Notes under the pieces: generated by a model
Told to the model about the DNA's origin: nothing
What the model saw: only the letters and a program-made list of their open reading frames with translations
The model's database searches: none
Program-made: the position numbers and the translations under genes
Origin: an uncultured Thiotrichaceae bacterium
Lineage (GTDB): Bacteria; Pseudomonadota; Gammaproteobacteria; Thiotrichales; Thiotrichaceae
Reading direction: 5' to 3'
Length of the DNA stretch: 45,234 nt
Assembly (NCBI GenBank): GCA_937931765.1
Contig: CALHAO010000227.1
Location: forward strand, 1-45,234
In this document: positions 9,885 to 19,449 of the stretch, piece by piece
How the letters are laid out: each line of letters starts with the position of its first letter
How positions within the stretch are numbered: the stretch's first letter is position 1

Positions 9885-12099
9885 TGGAGTTACTCCTGTT
9901 TACTTGTGTAGGGGGGGGCATTAAGGGCGGATTGTTTGGTTCGGTGTCGGGTGCTGGCTGTGTGCGGCGGGCACTGAGTGCGCTGCGTACACCAACGACA
10001 ATACCAGTAGTCTGGACAGAGACTGCGGACACAAAACCCATATGCAGGAAGAAAGCACCAAAGGTGCAGATGGCGCTGGGGATGACGGAGGTGGCAAAGT
10101 TACGTGACATATTCGCGTCAAAGCGAGCTGCAATATCGAACAGCCCATCGAGTTGCTGCAGGCTCCCGTCCATCAGAATGATCTGTGCTGTATCGACCGC
10201 CGCCGAGGTGGCCCCGGAGAGGGAAATTGACGCAGTGGATGCCCGTAGCGCGAGAGTGTCATTGATGCCGTCCCCGACGAAGCAGACCGAGTGCCCATCC
10301 GCCTGCATCGCTTCAATGAGTCCGGATTTGTCAGCAGGCAGAACTTCGGCATGGTAACCGTCGACACCAAGCTCTTGAGCGAGCGCCCGGGTCGGTGCTT
10401 CACGGTCACCGGAGATGATCATCACTCTGAGCCCGCGCCGCCGCAACTTTGCCACGACTGAGGCGGTTTCGGGGCGCAGTGTGGATCGCCATTCGATGCC
10501 GCCAACGAGCTGCTTACCTAAAGCTACCATCACCAATCCGCCGCCGCCCTCCTGACTGGCGTGCTGGCATGCATGTGCCGCAGCAGGAATCTCGATACCA
10601 CCATCGTGCATGAAGCGCTCGTTGCCGACGCGTATCGGGACGCCATCAAGGGTGCCTACAATGCCCTGGCCGAGTTCATAATGAAGGTTGTCGAGCGCGC
10701 CGGTCTCAATCTCTCTGGTCTCTGCCTCTTCCAGAATCGCCCGTGCGATCGGATGGCTTTGGCGTTGCTCGGCTGATGCTGCGTAGCGCAGCACCTCGGC
10801 GGCAGATATTGTCCCGAAGCAGTGGATATCCGAGACATGCAGGCGATCCAGTGTCAAGGTGCCGGTCTTGTCGAATACTATGGTGTCAACCTGCGCCAGA
10901 CCTTCTAACTCACGACCGTCCTTGATCAAAATGCCGCGTTGTGAGCATAGTGTCAGGAAGCTGTACAGGCTGAGCGGTGTCAGTAGCCGCAGTGACCAGC
11001 CATAGGTCGCTACCAGGCTGGCAAGGGCGGCTACCGGGCCGATGGTAACGAGAGCAATACCGCTTATTCCTATCGTCGGTAGTACTGAGGCATCCCCGAG
11101 GCGTTCGCCGCGCAGTTGTGTATCCAGTTTATCTGCTGAGGTTCGCTCCAGCATTTCACCAAGCTGCCCGGCAGTAGTGGCGGGGCCGGTACGCTCAGCA
11201 CGGATGGCCACGCGTCCGGTTCGAACCATGGTTGTCGCCAGCACCGGGTCGCCTGGCTCACGTAGTATGTACTCTGATTCACCGGTCAGTGCCTGCTGAT
11301 CGACGGTTGCCCGACCCTCAACCACGATGCCGTCTACCGGAATAGCCTCACCGGCACCGACAACAACTTCGGTACCCACTACCACCTGTTCAATGGGGCT
11401 TTCGACTTCCACGCCATCGACGCGCACCCAGGCGGTACGCGGGCGCTGGCCGAAGATGTCGATGAGCTTGCGGCGAGAGCTGGCCTGAATGCGGCTCAGC
11501 ATGATCGAGCTTGTCGCAACTACGGTGTAGCCGAGCGCCCCGCTTACGAAACTGCCTGTGGCGAGAATCGCAATACAGATTAACGTGTCGATGGCGCTGA
11601 TGTCCAGACGGCCCCGCTCTTTAATGGATTGGTAGGCAAGCCGTGCCCGGCTAACGCCAATGACTGTGAGGAAGGGGACACTAAGTACGGCCAGCGGGGT
11701 GTATAATAGCCAACCGGTAAAGCCGAAGCCGAAGCCGCTTAAAGCATAGCCCAACTCCCGATAACTCGCCCGCTCCCGCGCATCCGGTTCCGTATCGGTG
11801 CCTGATGACAGCGATGCGAGCTGTCGCTCCCGCTCCGGGTCATCCATTGAGGTAAGCCGTGCGATACGCTCAAACGAATGTTTGCCGAGACGCTCCATTG
11901 CCTTCGGCAGAGGTGCCAGCGTCCGGTAGGCTGTTCCCAAATGCCTGGGTGCGGTGTTCAGGCGCTTAGGTGCAGCATTTAAGTGCTTAGGCGCAGCCTT
12001 CGGGCGTTTGGACTTAGTCTTCAAACGCCTGGGTGTAACCTTCCGGCGCAGCAGAAGGGCACCGGTGCCAGCTAGTATTACGTACCCCGTGAGGATCAT
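9877..12099 (-). CDS. Atypical P1B-type ATPase lacking CPC/HMA motifs
   Basis: LTGES, FDKTGTLT, SHPIA and GDGIND present; the TM4 equivalent reads ATYGWSLRLLTP. Confidence 0.88.
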   Translation of the reverse strand: MILTGYVILAGTGALLLRRKVTPRRLKTKSKRPKAAPKHLNAAPKRLNTAPRHLGTAYRTLAPLPKAMERLGKHSFERIARLTSMDDPERERQLASLSSGTDTEPDARERASYRELGYALSGFGFGFTGWLLYTPLAVLSVPFLTVIGVSRARLAYQSIKERGRLDISAIDTLICIAILATGSFVSGALGYTVVATSSIMLSRIQASSRRKLIDIFGQRPRTAWVRVDGVEVESPIEQVVVGTEVVVGAGEAIPVDGIVVEGRATVDQQALTGESEYILREPGDPVLATTMVRTGRVAIRAERTGPATTAGQLGEMLERTSADKLDTQLRGERLGDASVLPTIGISGIALVTIGPVAALASLVATYGWSLRLLTPLSLYSFLTLCSQRGILIKDGRELEGLAQVDTIVFDKTGTLTLDRLHVSDIHCFGTISAAEVLRYAASAEQRQSHPIARAILEEAETREIETGALDNLHYELGQGIVGTLDGVPIRVGNERFMHDGGIEIPAAAHACQHASQEGGGGLVMVALGKQLVGGIEWRSTLRPETASVVAKLRRRGLRVMIISGDREAPTRALAQELGVDGYHAEVLPADKSGLIEAMQADGHSVCFVGDGINDTLALRASTASISLSGATSAAVDTAQIILMDGSLQQLDGLFDIAARFDANMSRNFATSVIPSAICTFGAFFLHMGFVSAVSVQTTGIVVGVRSALSARRTQPAPDTEPNNPPLMPPPTQVNRSNSNE
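11922..11998 (-). repeat. Degenerate 21-bp / 7-aa tandem repeat in the ATPase N-terminus
   Basis: AAPKHLN-AAPKRLN-TAPRHLG-TAYRTL. Confidence 0.65.
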
Positions 12100-13166
12100 C
12101 AGCCAGGCAACTCGGGCGTGTCGATTGCGTGGTGGAGCGTGACGCCGTTGCGCACCAATGATACCTCAAAGTTGTAGGCTGGTGTCCGGCGCTCGGTGCT
12201 GACTTGTGCTTCGCAGCGAACTTCGAAGATGTCGCCTGCCTGCACCTCGAATGGTGACAATGCCACATGAACGGGTGCCCAGCTCGTATCGTCGAAAGCA
12301 TCGATAACCTGATCCGGCCCTACTTCAAGGTGAATCCATAACAATAAGCCATGAAACATGCCGTCGCGTGCGGCGACGAAGCGCAGCTGACGTTCATGCG
12401 AGCGTGGCGGCTCATTGCGCTGGAAGTCCAGCTCTTCGAAGAGCTGTTCTGGTGCCAGAAGGCTTTCCCGGGGAATATTGTGAATCTTGTAGCGCGTCAG
12501 TTCGATTTCATGCCCAAAGGTATCAGTCATTGACGGCGAAAATGAGCGAATCAGTTCCTCCGTGGCATCATCGGGGTAGAGCCGTGACGGTAGTTCCACC
12601 GGGCTAACCCATGTCTGGCAGCTGCCGGGGATCATTATGGCGTCATCTTTAAGCAGGCGGCGGGCGTCGTGCAGGAAGCCTGTTGCACCCTCCGCGTCAC
12701 CGATGGAACCGATGATTTCGGACACACACACCTCGCCTTTCTCGGGTAGCTCGACCTCTGTAGACAGCCCGTGGATAAGCGTCAATTGTTCGCCAAGACC
12801 AAGTGCCTCAGCAAGGGCGCAGCCGCGCTCGTAGGCATCGCGATTGGCTTCGATGGCATAGATTTTCCGTGCACCTGCTGCTGCACAGAGCTGGGTCAGG
12901 AAGAGCCGCGAACCCGGGCCGATTTCCACCACTACCCGATCCCGGACAGTCGCGTCGATAACCTGACGATACACTTCGTTGCGAACACTGTCGCGTACCA
13001 GCAACTGGTAGACGGTCTCGTCCCAGGAGGCATGGTGATCTGCGAGGTAGGGGAAGGGTAGGCGCAGAACCTGCTTATCGCAGATCATCGCCCAGAGTTG
13101 GTCTGCGATTTCGATCGCACGTGCCGCCTCGGGAGTATTTCCGGACGGAGACTCTAACAGGCTCAT
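12099..13166 (-). CDS. PRMT-like (guanidino N-) SAM methyltransferase
   Basis: RDSVRNEVY, VVEIGPGS, IYAIE, double-E loop VSEIIGSIGDAE, beta-barrel FHGLLLW, SWAPV. Confidence 0.75.
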   Translation of the reverse strand: MSLLESPSGNTPEAARAIEIADQLWAMICDKQVLRLPFPYLADHHASWDETVYQLLVRDSVRNEVYRQVIDATVRDRVVVEIGPGSRLFLTQLCAAAGARKIYAIEANRDAYERGCALAEALGLGEQLTLIHGLSTEVELPEKGEVCVSEIIGSIGDAEGATGFLHDARRLLKDDAIMIPGSCQTWVSPVELPSRLYPDDATEELIRSFSPSMTDTFGHEIELTRYKIHNIPRESLLAPEQLFEELDFQRNEPPRSHERQLRFVAARDGMFHGLLLWIHLEVGPDQVIDAFDDTSWAPVHVALSPFEVQAGDIFEVRCEAQVSTERRTPAYNFEVSLVRNGVTLHHAIDTPELPG

Positions 13167-13203
13167 GACAGCTCCTTATTGGGCAAGTGGATAACATTCT
13201 GAT

Positions 13204-14574
13204 TCATGCTTCTTCTCTTTGTCGTTGTGCAAGCCTCACCCGGAGGCCATTCTTTGGTCGTGACACTGTTCCCATGTACATCGACAAGGGTTCTGTCGAA
13301 ACGGGGGTTATATCGAATGTTTGCAGTGCCTGTGCCAGAATGAGCTGTCCCTGCATCAGGGAGTAACGCGTCGCTAAACAGGCACGGCGGCCACCGCTGA
13401 ACGGTAGCCAGGCAAAACGATGTCGCCCACCCGCTGCTGCGAAGCGCTCGGGTTCAAAGCATTCAGGCTGCGACCAGTGTTCGGGGTGATGGTGGATGGC
13501 ATGGGCCAGAATCGTGACGATTGTGCCCGCCGGGATGGGAACCCCGTCGATTTCATCATCTTCTTCGGCCATACGTTGTAGCTGGTACGATGGAGAATAG
13601 ATGCGCAGCGTTTCCTGAATGACCATGCGGCAGTACTTGAGTTGGTCGATGTCTTCGTAGGTCGGCGTACGTTCACCCAGTACCTGATCCACTTCCGCCC
13701 TGGCACGTGCCAGAGCCGTTGGGTTGTGAAGCAGCAGATCCAGGGCACATCGGCTCGTGATGGACATAATCTCGTAGCCGCCAAGTAGCAGAGATACGAC
13801 TTCCTCGTTCAGATGTGCTTCAGTCATGTATTCAACGCTGTCGTCGTCACGTTGGTCAAGCAGGATGCCTAGCAGGTTCGTATCCGATCCCCCGCCCGCG
13901 ACATGTCGCTCCATCAGGCGTGTGGCAATAGCAACCACCGCATTGATAGCCTTTTGCTGCCGATTCTTATCCAGTAACTGTAGCCATTGTGGAAAAACAG
14001 AGCCAAGTATACTAAGCCAGATATGATCCATGACTATTTCACTGTTGGCCGCAAGTTCGTCTGCCTCCTCGTTACTGATGTCCACGCCGAACATGCTGCG
14101 CACGCTGGCGTCGATGGCAATCCGGCTCAGGGTCGGGCCAATATCAATTGGATCTCCGCTGTGTGCGGCTGATTCCCAGTCGTGCAGGTGCCCGGCGACT
14201 ACTTCAATGAGCAGGTCGCCGAGTGGACGGATGTTGGTGTTTCCGAAATGCGGCAGAACCGTTTTCCGTTGACGTTGCCAAGTCTCACTCTCGCTGTTTG
14301 CGGTGGAAAGGCCTTCGTTGGTCAGTTCGCGAATCGCTGCCCGGAAGCCCTGGTTGCCGCCCTTACTGCGATAGTTTGCTGCGTTGTCCACCAATACGTG
14401 CTGTGCATGCCGTGGCTGACACAGGGCGATAACCTCTGTTGCACCGAGCCTGAATTGAAACATATCACCGTATTTCGCCCGCGCATCGTTCCAGAAGTCG
14501 GGGTGCGCATTGGCGAGTTCTGGAAGAATACCAACTTCCGGTGAGCCGCTGATCCTGGGTAATGTCACATCCAT
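13204..14574 (-). CDS. Cytochrome P450
   Basis: ETLR, FEPERF, heme motif FSGGRRACLA. Confidence 0.95.
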   Translation of the reverse strand: MDVTLPRISGSPEVGILPELANAHPDFWNDARAKYGDMFQFRLGATEVIALCQPRHAQHVLVDNAANYRSKGGNQGFRAAIRELTNEGLSTANSESETWQRQRKTVLPHFGNTNIRPLGDLLIEVVAGHLHDWESAAHSGDPIDIGPTLSRIAIDASVRSMFGVDISNEEADELAANSEIVMDHIWLSILGSVFPQWLQLLDKNRQQKAINAVVAIATRLMERHVAGGGSDTNLLGILLDQRDDDSVEYMTEAHLNEEVVSLLLGGYEIMSITSRCALDLLLHNPTALARARAEVDQVLGERTPTYEDIDQLKYCRMVIQETLRIYSPSYQLQRMAEEDDEIDGVPIPAGTIVTILAHAIHHHPEHWSQPECFEPERFAAAGGRHRFAWLPFSGGRRACLATRYSLMQGQLILAQALQTFDITPVSTEPLSMYMGTVSRPKNGLRVRLAQRQREEA

Positions 14575-14585
14575 AGTCCTGCCCC

Positions 14586-15734
14586 TTAGCTTCTGTAGTC
14601 TTCAGGGCCGCCTTCACGTACGGTATCAAGCGTGAAACAATGGAAACCGCCGGAAAATAGTCGACGATGCCGATGCTGAACGGGAATGGTGTCGAATCCG
14701 TGTTTCTCCAGGGTACTTCTTAATTCCGGAAACAGGGAGTTGACTACGACGGTGTTCTCGTCAATAGAAAGTATGTTCAGGTCGATATAGGTGCTGGTAA
14801 GCACCAGCTCGTCATCTTTATAGTCTGGAAAGATATTTTTTGTTGGCTCAGGTGGGTAAATGACATCCCATTTTTGCAGCCATTCCGGGAGTTGCTTACG
14901 CACCTCGGGGCTACGCAGTAACAACAGGCCCGGGCGTAGCGGCAGAATGGTACTGTCGATATGGTTGTCGTTTAAACGATAGATCCGGTGGAAGCGGAAG
15001 CGGCCTTTGAAGTTGCGCTCAAGCCATTGCAGACCAAGCTCGTGATTCTCCGTGGAGACATTGACCAGGATGTCTTTACCGAAACGCATGCACTGGGCAC
15101 CGTCGAACATCATTTCGTAGCCGGTATCAAACTCCGATTCCTCTTGTGAATAGACAGCTTGGATAGCCGGAACATCCTGGCCGGACACATAGGAAGTATC
15201 GAAAGAACGATCTGTCATCATCGGTCGTGGCATGGAAGACCAGTGTGAACCGTTGCGGAAGTAGCGATAGAAGACGGGTTTCAGCAGATCATTCTCAAAA
15301 TAGCGCGCGCGCACCTGTGGAGCTGTCTCAACGATTTCGTCGCCAATAATAATGGCCTGGTCACGAACGTTGAGCGCAGGCATCGTAGTCGCTTCCCAGT
15401 AAGGGGTACTAAACGGTTTCACTTCGCTCAGCGGCGTTGGACGGTGTACGGTCACTCCGGCTGTCCGCAGCGCATCGGCCAGTCCTTCTACGTCTTCATT
15501 TAGCTCCTCAAGGTATTGTTGGCTGAACTTGCGTACCGGCGTGCATTTTTCGGCCACCTCCTCCGTCTTCTTATTGTTGTTATGTTCGTAATAGGGGTAC
15601 CAAAATGATGAGTAGGCCTGATCATGAAAGAATAGCTTGAACGAGAGTTCAAGTTCTTGTGCGTCATAATGAACCGGAGATCCTACGATCACCTCTTTCA
15701 GGGGAGACCACTCGTCGAAGCTGTTAACTTTCAT
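14586..15734 (-). CDS. Amidinotransferase (glycine/inosamine amidinotransferase family)
   Basis: NSFDEWSPLKEVIVG, VRD, FDGAQ, HID, GGFHCFTLD (Asp-His-Cys triad present). Confidence 0.92.
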   Translation of the reverse strand: MKVNSFDEWSPLKEVIVGSPVHYDAQELELSFKLFFHDQAYSSFWYPYYEHNNNKKTEEVAEKCTPVRKFSQQYLEELNEDVEGLADALRTAGVTVHRPTPLSEVKPFSTPYWEATTMPALNVRDQAIIIGDEIVETAPQVRARYFENDLLKPVFYRYFRNGSHWSSMPRPMMTDRSFDTSYVSGQDVPAIQAVYSQEESEFDTGYEMMFDGAQCMRFGKDILVNVSTENHELGLQWLERNFKGRFRFHRIYRLNDNHIDSTILPLRPGLLLLRSPEVRKQLPEWLQKWDVIYPPEPTKNIFPDYKDDELVLTSTYIDLNILSIDENTVVVNSLFPELRSTLEKHGFDTIPVQHRHRRLFSGGFHCFTLDTVREGGPEDYRS

Positions 15735-15785
15735 AATTTCACCTTTGTCTGTATTTGGGGAATTGATATTGCCATGACATCCATA

Positions 15786-17456
15786 TCAGAAGCCGTAAGA
15801 ACGGTACCTTTCATTTGCACTGAGGCTATAGATAAGCTTGCTGACCAGCAGGGATAGAAATTTGAAGGCCAGGGTGGGTGCGGGCATGGTAGGCATGGCC
15901 CGTAACACTGACCGTGCGACATCGGGTTGAGCGCCAGGGCCTTTGAGGCGGTATTGCGCCGGGCTGATGGGGCCAAACATGATTTTGCTCCAGGTGCCAA
16001 GGTCGCTCATAAAAAGCCTGCGCAGGGGAGGCTTGCAATCAATGACCTCAGCAACGCTTTCCAGAAAGCGCAGATAACCCGTGAGGGCCACAAGCCGCTC
16101 CGCATCTGCCTCAAAATGCTCACGATCCAGACGGGCATGGGTCGTGATGTCTTGTGTCATATCGGTGAGATCAGGTAGTTGTCGTTCACCACTGACGAGC
16201 AGCGCAAAGTAGCGCGCCTGCATTTCGGCGCAGGGTGGAATGCTGCCAATGCCGGGGCGTACAAACCCGATCCACGCGAGTTCCGGGCCAATCGTTGGCT
16301 CGATCATACGTTTGTAAAGTCCGCGAATGTTTGCCCCCATACCGACGAGTTCGGGATGGTGCTCAGCGAAGAACGGAAATTGGGTTTTATAGCCGGTACA
16401 CAGGACGATGGCATCGCAGTCGAAGTGGCTTCCGTCAGTGAACCGGACACGACCCGGTTCAATACATTCGATGTCCGGCTTGTATTCGGTGCCGTGGTGA
16501 ACCATAGCTTCAACAAAGCCTGTGCTCTTAGTCGAGAAACGACGAAACGCTGATATGCCACGTGCAGTGTTTATTTCTTCGGCTTGACGAAGCACTTCGG
16601 GATCATCATCCGGCCCCATATAGGTGTCGACAAGGCGCATATTGAACTTGAACAACGACGACTCCATTACCGGTAACGGGATTGCGTGATAGCACCGGCT
16701 GGAATCTATATCGGTGGGCTGACCGCTGTAATAGCGCGGAATGATGTAGCCCGGCCCGCGACGTGTCGACACTGCTGTCGACCGGGCAACCTGAGCGATT
16801 TGGCGTGTAATATCGGAACCGCTTTCGCCGAGCCCGACGATCAGCACACGGCGATCGGCGAAGCGTTCTGGTCGCCAGTAGCTGGACGAATGCATTAACT
16901 CACCGCCAAAATCATCCAGCCCGGGCCATGTCGGGGCGCTTCCGTGACGATTGGCACCAGCGCAAACGGCGACATGATCCACCTCAAATTCTTGTTCCTG
17001 AGCAGGGGCAGGGGGGCTTGATGAAGCAATGTCGCTATAGGCTGCTGGTACCTGATGGCGGGGTGTTATCGTGTCTTCCGCTACGCCCTGTACGCGCACT
17101 TTCCAGCTGCCTGTGTCCGCATCCTGGTGAACCGAGCTTACCTGGGTAGAGCAATGAATATGCGAGAAGAGTTCGAAGCGTGCTGCATAACTATAAAGGT
17201 ATTCAAGGTATTCGGAGCAGCTCCAAACGTGGGCTTCACCTTCCTGGCTCGGGTGATCACCAAAACTGGTGAGCAGATTGCTGCTGGTAAGCCGCAGGTC
17301 GTCATAATGGTTTGCAAAGACACCACCGATCATCGGTTGCTGTTCAAAGACAACCACATCATGGCCTTTTTCAAGCAACTCTTTGGCTGTAACCAGTCCT
17401 GATGGTCCTGCACCAATGACTGCGACTCGCCGACTCCTGGCACCCGTCTTATCCAC
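15786..17456 (-). CDS. Class B flavin-containing monooxygenase (FMO)
   Basis: GAGPSG, fingerprint FGGELMHSSSY, GLGESG, LCTGY. Confidence 0.9.
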   Translation of the reverse strand: MDKTGARSRRVAVIGAGPSGLVTAKELLEKGHDVVVFEQQPMIGGVFANHYDDLRLTSSNLLTSFGDHPSQEGEAHVWSCSEYLEYLYSYAARFELFSHIHCSTQVSSVHQDADTGSWKVRVQGVAEDTITPRHQVPAAYSDIASSSPPAPAQEQEFEVDHVAVCAGANRHGSAPTWPGLDDFGGELMHSSSYWRPERFADRRVLIVGLGESGSDITRQIAQVARSTAVSTRRGPGYIIPRYYSGQPTDIDSSRCYHAIPLPVMESSLFKFNMRLVDTYMGPDDDPEVLRQAEEINTARGISAFRRFSTKSTGFVEAMVHHGTEYKPDIECIEPGRVRFTDGSHFDCDAIVLCTGYKTQFPFFAEHHPELVGMGANIRGLYKRMIEPTIGPELAWIGFVRPGIGSIPPCAEMQARYFALLVSGERQLPDLTDMTQDITTHARLDREHFEADAERLVALTGYLRFLESVAEVIDCKPPLRRLFMSDLGTWSKIMFGPISPAQYRLKGPGAQPDVARSVLRAMPTMPAPTLAFKFLSLLVSKLIYSLSANERYRSYGF

Positions 17457-17566
17457 GTTCTATCAACCTCCTATAGCATAATGACCTGTTACTTTTTCAT
17501 TCTGCGTGTTCAGCATCGGGGTGCGTGAACGCCGCAGTGATGTTTAAAAACTTTACCTGAACAACA

Positions 17567-17651
17567 CCTTTCGATAATAGCGATGAATTGTTAACTTTTG
17601 TCACAGCTTTAGCCTTTCGATGGCAGAACTAAATTGTTAACTTTTGTCACA
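17567..17651 (+). repeat. 46-bp-period imperfect tandem duplication carrying two copies of the box TGTTAA-cttt-TGTCAC
   Basis: aattgttaacttttgtcaca at 17586-17605 and 17632-17651; cctttcgat at 17567 and 17613. Confidence 0.85.
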
Positions 17652-17712
17652 ACCTGCGCATTGGCAGAGCATAGATAATGTATTCTTGCGGATAACTTCT
17701 ATGGAGGCGAAA

Positions 17713-18501
17713 ATGATGCAATCTATCGTGAACCTGGATCGTTATCCTATTCAGGATATTCAGGTTGGTAAGGGGCGTTCAGTGGTCGATGTTTTACACC
17801 ACCAGTTTCATGAAATCGGCTTGTGTATGCTGCCCGGCTTCTTACAGGCCGAGGCCCTCTCGGCTATGGTTGAAGAAGCACAGGGACTATCCGGCGAAGC
17901 TCATATTACCGAGCAGCAGCAAACGGGTGCATACGGCAGGAGTGGTTCAGACGCTTCGACCGATACACGGGTAACCCGCGCTAATTTCGGTGCTGTTGCT
18001 TATGACAGGCTGCCGCCGGGTTCACAGCTGCGCATGCTTTATGAGTGGGAAGGTCTTACAAACCTGATGGCAGCCATTGTCGGCCACCCGAACCTCCACC
18101 GTACCGCTGACCCGCTGGTATCCTGCACCTTGTCATTTTTCCGTAAGGGAAACGAACTGGGTTGGCACTACGATAATAATGATGCGACCGTATCATTATT
18201 GCTACAGGCAGCGGATGAGGGAGGCGCTTTTGAGTTTGTGCCACAAACCCGTGGTAATGGTGTCAACGCCGAAGCGCGTGAACAGGCGGTGTTGGATAAC
18301 ACTACGGATAATTTGGTTCGGCCTCAGGTCACGCCTGGCACCCTCTCGATCTTCAATGGCAACCATGCCTTACACCGTGTGGCCCCGGTCACTGGGCAGC
18401 GTGAGAGAATCGTTGCTCTACTCAATTATGCGGACGAAGCTGACTACGTCTTCAGCGAGCAGGTTCATCAACGATTTTTCGGTCGAACGGTACAGGCGTG
18501 A
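17713..18501 (+). CDS. 2OG-Fe(II) oxygenase (BesD/HalD-like fold, HxD hydroxylase type)
   Basis: LGWHYD, GGAFEF, LHRV, RER; start reassigned to the ATG after GGAGG at 17703-17707. Confidence 0.8.
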   Translation: MMQSIVNLDRYPIQDIQVGKGRSVVDVLHHQFHEIGLCMLPGFLQAEALSAMVEEAQGLSGEAHITEQQQTGAYGRSGSDASTDTRVTRANFGAVAYDRLPPGSQLRMLYEWEGLTNLMAAIVGHPNLHRTADPLVSCTLSFFRKGNELGWHYDNNDATVSLLLQAADEGGAFEFVPQTRGNGVNAEAREQAVLDNTTDNLVRPQVTPGTLSIFNGNHALHRVAPVTGQRERIVALLNYADEADYVFSEQVHQRFFGRTVQA

Positions 18502-18522
18502 GGAAACCATTGACTGCGGTGT

Positions 18523-19239
18523 TTAGCCCAGCTCTGTGCTATCACCGGGGCGAAGCTCGCGCACTTCAATTGAACCAAGCCCCTTCGCGGCCAGTCGTTC
18601 AGCCAATGCGCCCGGTCTGCCGGTCAATCCCGGGAAAGTGCCAAAATGCATAGGAATGACTACCTGTGGTTGCAGCAGTTCAACCGCCTTGGTTGCCTCT
18701 TTTGGGGACATAGTGTACTTGTCGCCAATCGGGAGCATCACCACGCTTGGTTCGTACAATTCGCGGATGAGCGCCATGTCACCAAACACATTGGTATCTC
18801 CTGCGTGGTATATAACCGTGCCGTCCGAGAAGGTCAGCACGTAACCTACAGCCTCACCGCCATAGATAATGCTGCCGTCGTCCTCCTGAATACCGCAGCT
18901 ATGATCCGCATGCACCATAGTGAAGTGCACATCGTGGTGCTCTACGGTGCCACCCTTGTTCATGGTGATGAGATTCTGGACGCCTTTGCGCTCCAGCCAC
19001 TTGCACAATTCAAAGATACCGATCACTGTTGGCTGGTGTTCGCGGGCCAGCGAAACCGCGTCGGCGATATGGTCGAAGTGTCCGTGGGTGATGGCCATGA
19101 TGTCGATGTTCCCGAAGCGTTTTTGGTCATCAGGACAAACCGGGTTATCGGTGAGCCAGGGATCAATGAGCAGGTGTTTGTTCTCCGGGGTTTGGAGAGA
19201 AAACGTGGCGTGGCCGTGCCAGGTTGCGGTGATGGTCAT
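18523..19239 (-). CDS. UPF0173 metal-dependent hydrolase (metallo-beta-lactamase fold)
   Basis: WHGHA, IDPW, THGHFDH, YHAGDT, IPMHFGTFP. Confidence 0.9.
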   Translation of the reverse strand: MTITATWHGHATFSLQTPENKHLLIDPWLTDNPVCPDDQKRFGNIDIMAITHGHFDHIADAVSLAREHQPTVIGIFELCKWLERKGVQNLITMNKGGTVEHHDVHFTMVHADHSCGIQEDDGSIIYGGEAVGYVLTFSDGTVIYHAGDTNVFGDMALIRELYEPSVVMLPIGDKYTMSPKEATKAVELLQPQVVIPMHFGTFPGLTGRPGALAERLAAKGLGSIEVRELRPGDSTELG

Positions 19240-19449
19240 GTTTGTTTACCTCGCTCTCGCTGCGAACAAATTGATTCCGGGCGCATGACAGCGCGTCAGG
19301 GGTTGATGCAATCTTATCGCGAAGCCCACCGCGTTTCCACTACATCTACACCTAAGCCCGCCGTGGAGGAATTGATTTTCCGCAAGGTTGCGTAGGAAGA
19401 AATTCGCAACCCTGGCGTTCAAAATAACCCCAATCTGAAAGGTGCTATT

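Noticed and set aside
14586-15734. Saxitoxin or cylindrospermopsin cluster (sxtG/cyrA)
   Set aside because: No sxtA or PKS/NRPS partners; an amidinotransferase alone is not diagnostic.
17567-17651. CRISPR array
   Set aside because: Only two repeat units, partly similar intervening sequence, and no cas genes.
17713-18501. BesD/HalD-type halogenase
   Set aside because: The facial triad is HYD (HxD), not the HxG/A needed for halide coordination, so a hydroxylase is more likely.
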